A stretch of 64,000 bases of DNA from Mytilus edulis (lineage: Eukaryota). The stretch spans positions 67,456,001-67,520,000 of the forward strand of contig NC_092347.1 in assembly GCF_963676685.1 (NCBI RefSeq). Direction: 5' to 3'. The position numbers were made by a program, and so were the translations under genes. Under the pieces are notes generated by a model. It was given only the letters and a program-made list of their open reading frames with translations. It was not told the origin of the DNA and searched no databases. Shown piece by piece: positions 1 through 12,987 of the stretch. Numbering within the stretch: the stretch's first letter is position 1; the number at the start of each line of letters is the position of its first letter.

Positions 1-1036
1 TTAATGGTGAAGCAACAAACTAGTAACGATAGAGGAAACCAGCAGCTGACTTAGATCTTTGCAATAATCTTAACTGTCTCTCGTAAAGTTTATAATCAAG
101 TAAAGCGTTACTTTACTTTGAAAATTTGCTAATCACAAAATAAGCAATTATTTTGTAAATTTTGCTGGAAAGAAACTTAAGTTCTCAAGAAATGCAAAAG
201 TGACAAAGTCTGCAAGCAATTACATAATAGTAGATAAAATTTAGTATGTAAACAATCTGTCTGTGAAGTTCAGGAATAATTAGTGATAACTGTAGGAGGC
301 GATGATTACACAACATTTGCACCCTGTTCCCTAAATTTGTACCAAAAATTACTTTGTTCTTAATCTGGGTTAATGAAAAAATATCCTCATATACTTTCAT
401 AAAAGAAGGTCACACTGACAACTTCAACATATATATGCAACTATTCTGTGAAGTTTCAGGTATCTGGATTGAAAATTGTTGGAGTTGAATATATAAACTA
501 TGTACTCATTTTCCCCAGCTCCGACATCATTACACTATAAGCCGGATGAACCTTTTCTTACCCACTCAAACATCAATATGAAAACATTGCATGACTTTAT
601 TGTTTTGTTCAGTTATGTTAAATAAATCAGTTTTGAGAGATTCTTGGAGTTACTGCTGATGTATAACTTTAGATCACAAATTTATAGTAGACTATAACTT
701 TAAATATACATAAAATTCCATTGATTTGAAAGACGTTTAACACAATATTTTTATTAATCTAATCTTTCGCCTCTCTTTCACTAGAAAAAAATACCTATTT
801 TGTATTTGTACAATAAGACGACAGTTGTTAATCAATGTTAAATCCCGTGAATCGAGTTAGAAAATACAAATCAAGGTTGCAAAATAAACCTGAATAATTC
901 ACATGAATTCAAAACGCATGAAAAAGGAGAAGGGCAAGATGATACGATAGGGTGAGCGTCAGTGTCTTACCATGCGTGCCCGCAATGCAAAACCACACTC
1001 AGTCATTTAGAATTTTTTTTTCTTCGATTTTGACAT

Positions 1037-1241
1037 AATAAAATTGAGAATGGAAATGGGGAATGTGTCAAAGAGACAACAACCCGACCAAATAAAAAAA
1101 CAACAGCAGAGGGTCACCAACAGGTCTTCAATGTAGCGAGAAATTCCTGCACCCGGAGGCGTCCTTCAGCTGGCCCCTAAACAAATATATACTAATCCAG
1201 TGATAATGAACGCCATACTAATTTCCAAATTGTACACAAGA
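1037..1241 (+). repeat. Dispersed ~200-bp interspersed repeat (SINE/HINE-like, family unassigned)
   Basis: Reverse-complement copy at ~5470-5680 (ggggaatgtgtcaaagagacaacaacccgacc...ccttcagctggcccctaaa) and a fragment at ~42245-42285. Confidence 0.7.
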
Positions 1242-1732
1242 TAATACATACACACAGTTAAAAAAAAGATAATAAAATGAATGTAAGGTCATCCCGGTAT
1301 GTGATTTAAAGTTATATACATGTTTCAAATCAGCAGTATTTCCTTGAACCTCTCAAGGGTCAAATTAGTTTATAAATAGTGTGTCCTAAATTGATGGACT
1401 TTGGAACTTTGATACAGACTGTACATGTCTCACTACGGTTAAAAAAGAATGTACTTTGTATATCTACACCCATAAAAAAAAACTGTTATACTATGATCTG
1501 GAGTCTATCGAAAACAACAAACCAGCAAATTTAATAGGTACGGGAACGATTTGTTGTGTCGAAATATTTGTCAAAACGATATTATGTCATCTTACTCGTA
1601 TATCATTATTTTGTATCAGTATCGTTGCACAAATGTTTCGACTTTATTCTATGGATATGTAGATATTAATATACATATCAGTACAAATAAAAATAGAGAG
1701 AGAATTATTAAAGTTTGTCAAAATATCATTAC

Positions 1733-1830
1733 CTGGGCATTTGTTGTTGGTGCAGGTAAACAACGAGGAAGTTCATTGATGATAACCAATCAGAAGATTA
1801 CACGTTTGCATAGTAGCTTTCAAAAAACCT
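1733..1830 (-). other. Probable 5'-UTR exon of a TRIM-like paralogue whose CDS would lie left of the window
   Basis: Paralogue of 44673-44770 with the conserved donor CAG|GTAATG (reverse complement of cattacctg, 1727-1735). Confidence 0.35.
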
Positions 1831-2990
1831 AACTTGTCTTTGTAGTTTGTAATTTTTATATATGACTGTATTCTTCCAATTTTTTGCTTAAAAAAAACAC
1901 AAGGGATAAAAAAAATGTTTGTTCATGATCATTAAATTTGAAGCATGTTGATAATATCTAGGACATACGTGTAAACCTGCGTAACTTTTTTTCAAAGATC
2001 TTGATTTTTTTAATGGTTATCCTTTCTATCTGTTTTAATTCAATTACTATAGGATTACACGCCTTTTTAAAGGAATTTATTGATGAATAGACTCACCAAT
2101 TCACTCACAGACGAATAAAAGTCTGACTTTTATTATACGTTTGTGAGTGACCCGGTCCAGTTTATACACAAAACAATTCTTTAAAAGTACTTATAATTCT
2201 TTAAAATTGGAGATAAGGAATATATTTTTTAACAGTCGTAACCTCTAGCACACGTAAATTGTATATTTGTGTCATTCATTAGGCCTGGCGCATGAATATA
2301 TTTGTTGGCTAACGCAAAAACATACTCCGTAAAATTTGCTATCTGATAAAACATTAACTACAAAACTCTTTAAAATATTAATCAAACGAATGTGTAGTTA
2401 ATGATTAACGTACAGTGAAAATAAATTCATCCACCGCCATCTTGCTAAAATTGGTTACGAAAAGAAGTTCGGTCAACTTCGTCTATCGAAAACAAAAAGG
2501 TCAATATCAAATACCGGAAGTTCTCTCGGCCAATCAAATTAACGTATTCCCGAATGTCAAATTATATAAGAAATATCACTTTATAACTTTTTAAACATAT
2601 TAACTTTGAAGATTTTTCACAAGTAAATGATTTGTCTTCTGTGTATTGTAAAAAGAAGAACAAAACTATGAGTTCAGGAATCAATACTTGAAATTATAGA
2701 GAAAGGATGAATGATACAGTTTTTTCCTCAAGAATTTTTTTTCTGCCAGATTCAGGTTTTCAACATTTCTGTAATACAGTCACTCTTCTTGTTTCTTCAC
2801 TACCAATTGAGGCATTTTTTCAAAGTGATAGCCGAAAGACAACTGTTGGAGGAAGACGTACTATCCCACTTGCAACCCCGTCTGGTTCTAAAATGATCAG
2901 TCTATTTAATAGTTGTGTGCTTTTATGCTAACTTTAAAGCCTGATTCAACCTAGCCATAGTTATCAAAGGTACCAGGATAGTAATTTAGT

Positions 2991-3034
2991 ACGCCAGACG
3001 CGCGTTTCGTCTACATAAGACTCATCAGTGACGC
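2991..3034 (-). ncRNA. Minimal type I hammerhead ribozyme
   Basis: Minus strand reads GCGUCA-CUGAUGA-GUCU(UAUGU)AGAC-GAAA-CGCGCG-UC^UGGCGU: stem I GCGUCA/UGGCGU, intact core, 4-bp stem II, palindromic stem III (ACGCGCGU), GUC cleavage triplet. Confidence 0.9.
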
Positions 3035-3332
3035 TCGTATCAAAATATTTATAATGCCAAACAAGTACAAAGTTGACGAGCATTGAGGATCCAAAATTCC
3101 AAAAAGTTGTGACAAATACGGCTAAGGTAATCTATGCCTGGGCTAAGAAAATCCTTAGTTTTTCGAAAAATTCAACGATTTTGTAAACAGAAAATTTATT
3201 TTAAAAAAATGACCACATTATTGATGTCAACACCGAAGTGTTGACTACAGGGCTGGTGATACCCTCGGGGACGAAACGTTCACCAGCAGTGGCATCGATC
3301 CAGTGTTGTAAATAGTTATATTATAATTCAGT

Positions 3333-3376
3333 ACGCCAGACGCGCGTTTCGTCTACATAAGACTCATCAGTGACGC
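3333..3376 (-). ncRNA. Minimal type I hammerhead ribozyme
   Basis: Same sequence as 2991-3034. Confidence 0.9.
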
Positions 3377-3700
3377 TCGTATCAAAATATTTATAAAGCC
3401 AAACAAGTACAAAGTTGAAGAGCATTGAGGATCCAAAATTCCAAAAAGTTGTGCCAAATACGGCTAAGGTAATCTTTGCCTGGGATAAGAAAATCCTTAG
3501 TTTTTCGAAAAATTCAACGATTTTGTAAACAGGAAATTTATTTTTTTAAAAATGACCACATTATTGATATTCATGTCAACATCGAAGTGTTGACTACTGG
3601 GCTGGTGATAGTATTACCCTCGGAGACGAAACTTTCACCAACAGTGGCATCGACCCAGTGGTATAAATAGTTATCAAAGGTACCAGCATTATAATTTAGT

Positions 3701-3744
3701 ACGCCAGACGCGCGTTTCGTCTACATAAGACTCATCAGTGACGC
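3701..3744 (-). ncRNA. Minimal type I hammerhead ribozyme
   Basis: Same sequence as 2991-3034. Confidence 0.9.
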
Positions 3745-5194
3745 TCGTATCAAAATATTTATAAAGCCAAACAAGTACAAAGTTGAAGAGCATTGAGGAT
3801 CCAAAATTCCAAAAAGTTGTACTAAATACGGCTAAGGTAATCTTTGCCTGGGATAAGAAAATCCTTAGTTTTTCGAAAAATTCAACGATTTTGTAAACAG
3901 GAAATTTATTAAAAAAAATGACCACTTAATGTTACAGTATGATAACTATTATTAATGCTTCGAAAAATAGGTAGTTCACAATTGCATAATGTTCATGAGA
4001 TCCAACCCATGTTAAAAAGGAATCTTAATAATGTACTGAATTTAATGGAGTTATTGAAAATATATCCCTCTATTTTAAACTTTGCTCCCTATTTTTGTTT
4101 TACTGGAATTGAAAAACAAGATGCAAAGTATCAGAATATTGTGAATATTCTACAAGAAGATTATTGACATTTGTTAAATCTTTTAAGTTTTATTTTTGTA
4201 TTGTGTATTGTATATTGTACATATTGTTTAGTTAATCTTTTCCTGTTTTGATGATAAATTGAAATAAAATAAGACGGTGCATTGAAACCATGGGTTTCAT
4301 AAACTGATAACAGTAACTCTTCTTTTTTGAAAAAAAAATACATATATGCTAATGCTAATGTTTACCTGTAGCTATTGTTTAACCAGATTGAAACATTGAC
4401 AATACAATATGGACATTTAAATTGACCAGTTGGTTTGGAAGATTTAAATCTACCTTGATGCTACCTGTACAGTTTTTTATTCACCTAACCAAAACTTTCA
4501 GCATGCTTTTTTCCTGAAGTATTTCTAATCCTATCACTTCACCTGTTTAATTGTTACTGTTGTAGTATAACTGAGATAGGTTTTTTTTTTAAACTTATAA
4601 AAAAAAAAATATGGTATCAAGGCTTCAATTTTTATCTTTGTTGAATAAAATGATATGCATTGAGTCTAAATTAGTTTATACAAGGTATGAATAATTCTAG
4701 AATATGACTACTTTTATTTGATAACTAGACACAAACTTATTTCATGTTCTTACATTAACTAAACACTGTGAAACTTTTCTCATGTTTTTTTATTAGAGAA
4801 TCATAAAACAGGTAAAGAAATTAACATTGTTATAAGTCTTTTTTGTTATGGAAATGGATGTTTTCCCTGAAATAATTAATCATTCAAATGCCAAAAAACA
4901 TAACATTTAGACGGAAAAAGAGAATTTTTTTACTGTCATTTAAAATTTTAGAAGGTGGAAACAAATATATTTTATCAGGGAATTTAATTGCATGTCATAT
5001 AATTCACTACATTACCTCTTTAATGTTTTCATAGCCAAATACTATGAGTACTAAGATTTCTTGATAGTTGAAAAAAAACCTTTTTAATATCTCTTTGGGT
5101 TTTTAATGGGAAATAACTCAAAATAATTTGTTTTTGACATGTTCCTTGTACAAATTGTTAATGTATATTCTCTGGCCTTTGTTAGTCTTCTGAT

Positions 5195-5455
5195 GTACAG
5201 TAGTTGTCGTTTGTTTATGTAATATATACGTGTTTCTCGTTTCTCGTTTTGTTTATATAGATTAGACCGTTGGTTTTCCCGTTTGAATGGTTTTACACTA
5301 GTAATTTTGGGGCCCTTTATAGCTTGTTGTTCGGTGTGAGCTAAGGCTCCGTGTTGAAGGCCGTACTTTAACCTATAATGGTTTACTTTTTAAATTGTTA
5401 TTTGTATGGAGAGTTGTCTCATTGGCACTCACACAACATCTTCCTATATCTATTG
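5195..5455. repeat. Dispersed ~260-bp interspersed repeat
   Basis: Near-identical copy at 14235-14465, inverted copy at ~31840-32100, fragments at 14050-14110, 24040-24085 and 35625-35665 (gagagttgtctcattggcactcataccacatct). Confidence 0.75.
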
Positions 5456-5681
5456 TATGATTTTTAATGTTAGTTTCTTGTATATAATTCGGAGTTTAGT
5501 ATGACGTCCATTATCACTGTACTAGTATACATATTTTTAGGGGCCAGCTGAAGGACACCTACGGGTGCGGGAATTCTCGCTACATTGAAGACCCATTGGT
5601 GGTCTTCGGCTGTGGTCTGCTCTATGGTCGGGTTGTTGTCGCTTTGACACATTCCCAATTTCCTTTATCAATTTTATCATA

Positions 5682-5712
<31 letters not shown>

Positions 5713-8700
5713 TATTTTATATTTTTTCCATACATAAGTTATACATTCATATTAATTACACAGATTGAGTTTGCGTATAAATTATTCACAATATTCTACC
5801 AGTAAATAAAATACATCAAAAGTCCCCCAAAACACACTATAATCTACACAATAATTTACCTTTACTTATATAATTGACATTTTATTTTTTGTACTTTTAA
5901 CACCTGGATTACATTGTTATGTGTCGGTCAGTGATTTTATAGGTCACATGCTCGACCTTGTAAATGCGTGTATTGTATATTTCTATAGTTGGATGTATTA
6001 TTATGTTCTAAAAAGAAAAGGAAAGTAAGTACAAATTATTACGTCACTTACTAATGTATAAGATTTATTATAAGTTTTATTTCAGCTGCAAAATTTTCTT
6101 TTTTAGATGATAATGATTTGTCCATAGATTCAATTAAACTGCTCAGTTCCCGTTTTGCATATGCTATCAATTGACTGGAAGTAAAACTTTTAGACTGATA
6201 TTTGATTATATTCCTACATTTCCAAATAATCCATTTAACTGTATTCATAATCGTATTAGTTATGACATTGTACTTTTTGTTGTAATCGTACATTCCTAGT
6301 ATGATAAGTTCTTCGCTCAATGGAATATATACAGTGTTATTAAGTACATTATATGTTTTAAGCGCATCAAAAATGTGTTCCCAAACAACCATTATAATGT
6401 TACAGCTGTGAAAAAGGTGTGTGAGAGTTTCATTTTCAGTTTTACAAAAATGGCATTTGCCATTATTTGATTTGTCGATTCTAAATAGTTTTTGCTCCGT
6501 ATAGATAATGTTATGAACAATTTTCCAGCTAATTTGATTTGCTTTCCTAGAGGACATACTTTTATTTAAATTTATCCAGATCTTTTTCCACGGTAATTCC
6601 GAATTATACTGAATATTCCATTTTATTTGACAGTTTGGAACTATATCTAAATTTAACGAATATTGGATTAATTTCAAAGATATCTCACTTGGGATTACTA
6701 CTTTATTCTGTTTATCGTAAAATTCAAATGTATTTTTAATGTAATAACCATTTTTGGGGGTTCTTGATCAACGTGGACGTTTTTTAGTCTGTCCTTGAAC
6801 AATTTTGGAATAGCTAATTTCAGCCTTGTCCATTCCGAGATCCAGTTTCTCTTATCTTTAAGAGTATTGTATATAAAGTTGTCGCTTTTGATGTTTTTCG
6901 TTTCTTCATCCCAAATATCTTTTATTGTATGAATTCCACTTTTTCCGAAGTTAGCGAAAAAAATAGGTTTTTTGTTGTATTGAATTTTTATGTTTCCAAA
7001 AAGTTGTTGGTTTAGGATATCGTTTTTATTTATTGGACTTTGTATACTTAAAAATTTTGACCACGTTTTAATTAACTCAAGATAGTATTTTGGAAAATTT
7101 TCCATTTGTAATCCTCGTAAGTCCGAACACTTTGCTAAAAAATTATCACAATTATATTTGATATCAAACTTCTGTAGCCACCATTTGGCTATTGTATTCC
7201 AGTTATCGGTTTTTGATCTTAAAATCTTTTGCATACTTTTGATTTGTTTGGATTTAATGAACGAGTGTATATTGATCATACCAATCCCCCCTTCCTCTAC
7301 CGGTAAGCAACACACGTCCCTTTTAATTAAATTCACTTTTCCCTCCCATATAAAATTCCACATGACATTGTTTATTTCTTTTTTATATTTTTCAGGTATA
7401 CCTCGCATTTCGATTTCGAACCCTATTTTAGATATAATCAATGATTTTAATATTAAGACCCTGCCCTTCAATGTTAGGTCACGAGATTTCCAAACCTCAA
7501 GACACGCCTTAACCTTCTTTATTTTTTCTAACCATATAGCTTCTATATCAACACTGTATCCATGCATGACTCCCAATGCTTTAATTGGTTCGCTTGACCA
7601 CCTAATTTTTTTTATATTTTGGTGTTTTATTTTTCCAACGACCCAAATATACCCCTACAGTCTTTTCATAATTTATCTTAGCACCCGATGCTTTCTCGTA
7701 TATTTCTAAAACCTTGAATGTTTCCTCGATTGATTCCTCTGTTCTATTAAAAAATAGTGTATCGTCTGCAAACATGTTAATCTTAACCTCTTTCTTTTCA
7801 TTTTCTATGTCAGGGTGGGGTAAATTTATTCCTTGAATTTTCGGATTAGCCCTAATTGTGGCTGCCATCGGCTCTGCTTGTAAAATGTATAGCATCGGCG
7901 ATATTGGACAGCCCTGACGGATTGATCTAGAAATTGGGACGTATCTTGATTGAAAACCGTTAGTCATTAAACAAGTTTTAGCATTTTTTAGTAACATTTT
8001 AACCCATTCCCGAACATTTTCCCCAACTTGAAATTTTTCTAAACATGCATCTAACCATTCCCATTCTGCATAGTCAAAAGCTTTTGTTTGATCAAGAAAA
8101 AGGATTGATCCTTCTTCGTCTTCCATATCTATAAAATCGAAAATATCTTGCAGCATTCTATTAGAATCAAAAATATTTCTGCCCTTAACAAACCCTTTTT
8201 GATCTGTTTCTATAATAGATGGTAGAACTATTTTCAAACGTTCAGCCAGAATTTTTGAGCAAATTTTATAGTCTACATTTAATAATGTTATAGGTCGCCA
8301 GTTTTTAATATCATCCCTCTCCCCACTTTTATATAATAGGCTTATCATTCCAAGTATCTGCGATTCGGAAAGTGTTTTATCAAAAAAGGTTTCTTTTAAT
8401 ATTTGCGTAAGCTCATCCTGTATCAAAAACCAATATTCCTGATAAAATTCTGCAGTTATGCCATCTTCCCCTGGTAATTTAATTGCTTTGAAAATTTCAT
8501 CTTTTGTAATTTCACTATCACATAACCGTTTTTCTGCTTCAGATAGAGTTTTATTTACATTATATAGTAATTTTTCCCCAGCCTCTCTATTACAACCACC
8601 CGAGGTAAAAAGTTTCTCATAATATTTTAATTGTTCACCTAAGATTTCATTAATATTATTTTTGTATGTGCCATTTTCGGCTTTTATTTTTGACCATAGT

Positions 8701-10750
8701 TTTTCTTTTCCTCGTTTTTGTTCTAATCTGAAAAAATAATTTGTGGATTTCTCACCTTTTTCATACCAATTTATTTTTGATCTTATGCGTGCTGCTTCTG
8801 CTTTTTGTTCGTAATATTTATATATATCATTTTTTAGTTTTTCAACCTCATTCAGATTTTGTTGTGTTCCATCATTTTCTAACAGATTTTCTAATTTATC
8901 TTCCCAATTTTTAATTTCATTTTCATTTAACCTAAGTTTCTTTGAAACAGTTGTTGTTATGTCCTTTATTTTAGTTTTTGTTAAATCCCAGAACTCCTTT
9001 TTATCTTTAAAATTATTTATGTTAAGTTTCCAAGATTTCCAGAATGTTTCAAAAGTATTTTTGAAAAGGTCGGTTTTAATTATACTATTGTTCATTTTCC
9101 AATAACCCGGGCCTCTTTCTGGTTCGACGATGTTCATTGTAATTGTTACGCCGTCGTGATCGCTGAAGGGAAAATAAACAATTTTTGCATTGTTTACTCT
9201 ACAATCGATATTCTCACTAGTGAATATATAATCTATTCTCGAGTATGATTGACCCCTTGAAAATGTATATTGTTTTTTGTTTGGATATCTGAGACGCCAA
9301 ATGTCCGTCAGTTCATTTTTTTCAATGAAATTTTTTAGTTCATTATTTCCCGCATCTTCACGTTTGGGCATATGTTTTCTATCTAATTTCCTATTTAGAC
9401 AACAATTAAAATCTCCCATAACGTAATTCACAATATCATTTTCTTTATCTATTTTTAACTTATTAAAGAAATGTTTTCTTTCTATGCCATTATTAGGGGC
9501 GTAGATATTAAAAATTCTAATAGTTTCGTTTGAGTCTAATTTGAATTCAACTATCAATTTCCTTCCCTCCGCATCTTTATATTTTTCAGTGATGTTTATA
9601 TCTAAATTTGGTTTCACTAAAATTGCTATCCCTTTGGAAACGGAAGTCCCGTTACACCAAAAACTTAACCCTCCCCATTCTTTTTTCCATTCATTTTCTA
9701 CAAATTTTGTACAATGAGTTTCCTGCAAACATATAAAATCAAAAAAAAATTTCTGACACCACTGGAATAATGCATTTCGTTTTGACTTATCTCCCATACC
9801 GTTTACGTTTAATGAAACTAAACGAATAGACATACTTTATGGGAAAAAATAAATATGTATATTATTGTCTTCAAAATTCTGAATATTTAGTTTGCTATAC
9901 AGTTCACCGATTTCATTTATGTAATACAACATAATAAAAGTCCAACATATATTCAATATATTTACAACAAATGAATTTGCATGTACACTTACAATGCATT
10001 TTTTTTAGAGTTATCTCCCATACCATATATTTCATATATAATCATTTTTTGCCTCCTTATTTCACCAACAAATACACATATTTGTATCACTAACATAATA
10101 CAGTTCAATAATTTTCCAAAATATTTACAATAAATGCAAGATTTTGCATACACAATAATAGCATGGATTTTTTTTTAAATTTTATCATATTGAAATATCA
10201 AAATCATATTTGAATGAACTATTTTATTTATAATCCTCACTTTACAAATATTTTGGATAAGTTTATTCATATATTTTCACTGTATCACTTGATTTTATTA
10301 CATCCACAGTATTGAGTTTTTATTTCAGTTACATGTATATATTCCAATCAAACAATTTTAGACCCAGAACGTTATAATGATTACTTCCAATTTCACATTC
10401 ATATTATCCCAACATTAGGAATATTTTGGAATATTTTACTTTTTCATTTCACTTTATAACTACATTAGTCTATATCCACTTTATGAATTTAACATTTTGT
10501 TTCATTTCCATGATAATTCCAATGATATATATTCCATTTAAACAGGTGAATAACTCCTATAATATATCTCAAAACTTATAATGAATGTGTTGCAATTATT
10601 TCTCTTTCTTGCATTCAAGTTTGATTTTTTTATAACCTTTTAGATAACTTATTCCACATTTTGCAAATTGAATTTCCTTCAGTGAACACAGTATTTTTTT
10701 CCACAAAAATCCTCTTATAATAAATTTTATTATTTAAAAACAGTTTTAAT
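5682..10750 (-). mobile_element. L1/Tx1-clade non-LTR retrotransposon, 5'-truncated (no ORF1), with poly(A) tail
   Basis: Poly-T at 5682-5707 is the minus-strand poly(A) tail; 3' UTR 5708-6050; ORF2 6051-9833; AT-rich non-coding leader upstream. The 5' boundary is uncertain (10177 or ~10750). Confidence 0.85.
6051..9833 (-). pseudogene. L1/Tx1 ORF2 (APE endonuclease + reverse transcriptase + C-terminal zinc knuckle), broken by two frameshifts
   Basis: EN motifs SLNVNG, LQETH, NIYAPN, GDFN, SRIDYIF, FSDH; RT motifs NWRPITLLNVDYK, QKGFVKGR, LDQTKAFD, RQGCPISP, FADD; CHFCKTENETLTHLFHSC. Three consecutive ORFs (9833-7602, 7576-6698, 6677-6051), plus an apparent short in-frame deletion before PGEDG. 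Confidence 0.93.
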
Positions 10751-11986
10751 TTTCATGCATATTAATATGCAGTTAACAAAATATTTTAATGATTAAGATT
10801 TTTTGGTAAATTTTAGAAATATTATCAATACTGGGGATTTAAAACAATAAAAACCTAAAAATATTTCTACCCTTTCAAATTTTTGATGGAATAATCCTAG
10901 GTAAAGAAAAATTTCAGGAAAAAAGCATGCTGAAATTTTGGGTTAGGTGAATAATTTTTTTTACAGGTAGCATCAAGGTAGATTTAAATCTTACAAACCA
11001 ACTGGTCAATGTAAATGTCCCAATTGTATTGTCAATGTTTCAATCTGGTTGAACAATAGCTACAGGTAAACGGTAACACCCATAGTCAACCTACTGTAAC
11101 TGTTCTTTTTATCTAAATAACTATTATTAATTTTTTTATTAGTGGCGCATTTACTTATTTCACTGAAAACCTCAACTATTACAGCTGATATTTGACAATA
11201 TCTTTTATTTTATTTTTCAAACCCCTTTATATTATATATTGTATTATTATTAACGCTTCTCCCTTATAACACGTTTTTAAAGTCTGGCGATGAACAAAGA
11301 AGGTAATTGTCAACTACAAAATTCAAGGGAACACGTTTGCTTTCAGTGTAATTGTTTGTTTCAACTAAATAATTTAAAGACGAATATAACTCTGGAATAA
11401 CAAATTTTAAATTCCATAAATTAAGCATAACTATGTGTAAGTAGGTGTGTAAATGCATAAAAGAAACATTGTACAAATAGTATTATTGTGCTTAAACAAT
11501 AAATTCGATTTCTTTTAACTCACCAAAGAGCGTGCTCAAAAGTACGTAATATATACTGTATACAACAACAAAAGAACGAGCTTTTTTCGAAACAGTCATA
11601 AATCATGGCTGTCTATGTGCTTTTTATGAAAAGGGAAGACAAGACTCGACCGTTCGGCTCTCTCAAGAAATGTTTTTTTTTCAATTCCTTTGCAACAAAA
11701 ATGGAAGATAACGAGCATACGGACAGTGTATTCCTAACAAGTGTTTTCTATTGTCAGGCTCACAACCAAGTCAGGAATATGGCAGTTGTTTTTCACTCAT
11801 TCTGTTGGTTGACGACGTTTAGCTTTTCAGTTTTCTTAGACTACATTTTGGAATATATATTGGAGTTCGGTATTTATGTGGGGTTTTTTCTTCTCTAAAT
11901 ATCCGTTTATGTGAAAGTAGTTTTGTTGTGATGTTACAACAACTTATTATTCGCATGAAGTTTTATAAATATGTGTGCTAATAGAA

Positions 11987-12987
11987 AAAAGTAAAATCAC
12001 AAAAATATTGAACTTAGAGGAAAATCAATTCGGAAAGTCCATAATCACATGGCAAAATGAAATAAAAAAACGCATCAAAAACGAATGGACAAGAGCTGTC
12101 ATATTCCTGACTTGTTACAGGCATTTTAAAATGTGGAAAATGGTGGATTAAACCTGGTTTTATAGCGCTTATCCTCTCACTTTGATGACAGTCTCATCAA
12201 ATTCCGTTATATTTACATTGATGCGTTAACTAAACAGACACAATAAATAAAATACTCAGAATATGGGTACATCATTCATCATCGTATAACAATTTTAAAA
12301 GAAACAATTTAACAGAACACAAAAACATCTATCTACAAACACATTCATTGATTTGTGTGACGTCAGAAAATTTTATACGTCACATAGATTTGTCGTTCAA
12401 TGTGCATACAAACAATTTTAAAATTTACCTAGGCAAAGGATTAAAAAATCAAAAGTATGTAAGAATAAATTTCAGAAATAGACCGAGATTTAAACTAGTC
12501 CAAAAGTTATATTTAGAATTTATAAGAATCCACAAATAGTTAATTCCACTACGCGATTGAATGATTTTGACGTTAGTGGTTCAACGTATATTGTAATTCA
12601 TAATAAAAATATATCATAATGACATAAAATAGAACAATATCATACTGACGGGATCTTTTAAAGTACAGAGTCACGTTATAATAACCAAAGAAATACAAAA
12701 AAACGCATTTACAAAACACACCACAAAAAAATGAAAGACAATACAAACACATTGACGAAATGTATAAGTACCGAGCCACGTCAAACGGATATCACATAAA
12801 ACCATTCAACAGTAAAAGTAATATTAATAATAGAACAAAGACAAATGAAAGAAGTATAAAACACGTTGTTAAGATGATAAACAACATCAGTACGCAGAAT
12901 CTATACATCAAGACCACCGTGTATTATTTGTTTAGTTGATACGGAATATTTATCAACAAGGTCTTGATACCTTCCGATGAACTTTTG
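11987..12987. mobile_element. ~1-kb insertion specific to copy A, flanked by a TAGAAA duplication
   Basis: Copy B has the empty site (gttaatagaaacacactgatgc, ~48336-48358); copy A reads ctaa-TAGAAA-[insert]-TAGAAA-cacactg. Related fragments at 21640-21850 and 22470-22640. Confidence 0.7.

Larger units (their letters stand above)
2958..3925 (-). mobile_element. Retrozyme-like tandem array (~2.7 monomers; full units of 342 and 368 bp), one hammerhead ribozyme per monomer
   Basis: Head-to-tail repeats with the hammerhead motif starting at 2991, 3333 and 3701; same family as 37991-38439 and 38836-39200. Confidence 0.85.
4360..11096. mobile_element. DNA-transposon remnant defined by ~170-bp inverted repeats (4360-4533 / 10898-11071), hosting the L1/Tx1 copy
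   Basis: gtttacctgtagctattg...agcatgcttttttcctgaa (4360-4520) is the reverse complement of 10905-11071. The right end ...cctactg|TA resembles a Tc1/mariner CAGT end with a TA target; the outer part of the left repeat is missing. Confidence 0.6.

Noticed and set aside
2958-3925. CRISPR-like array, or protein-coding ORFs (3476-3670, 3689-3925, also 38108-38350)
   Set aside because: The units are whole ~350-bp repeats with no unique spacers, the DNA is eukaryotic, and the ORFs are not preserved between monomers.
7158-7709. 183-aa + strand ORF
   Set aside because: Antisense shadow of L1/Tx1 ORF2.
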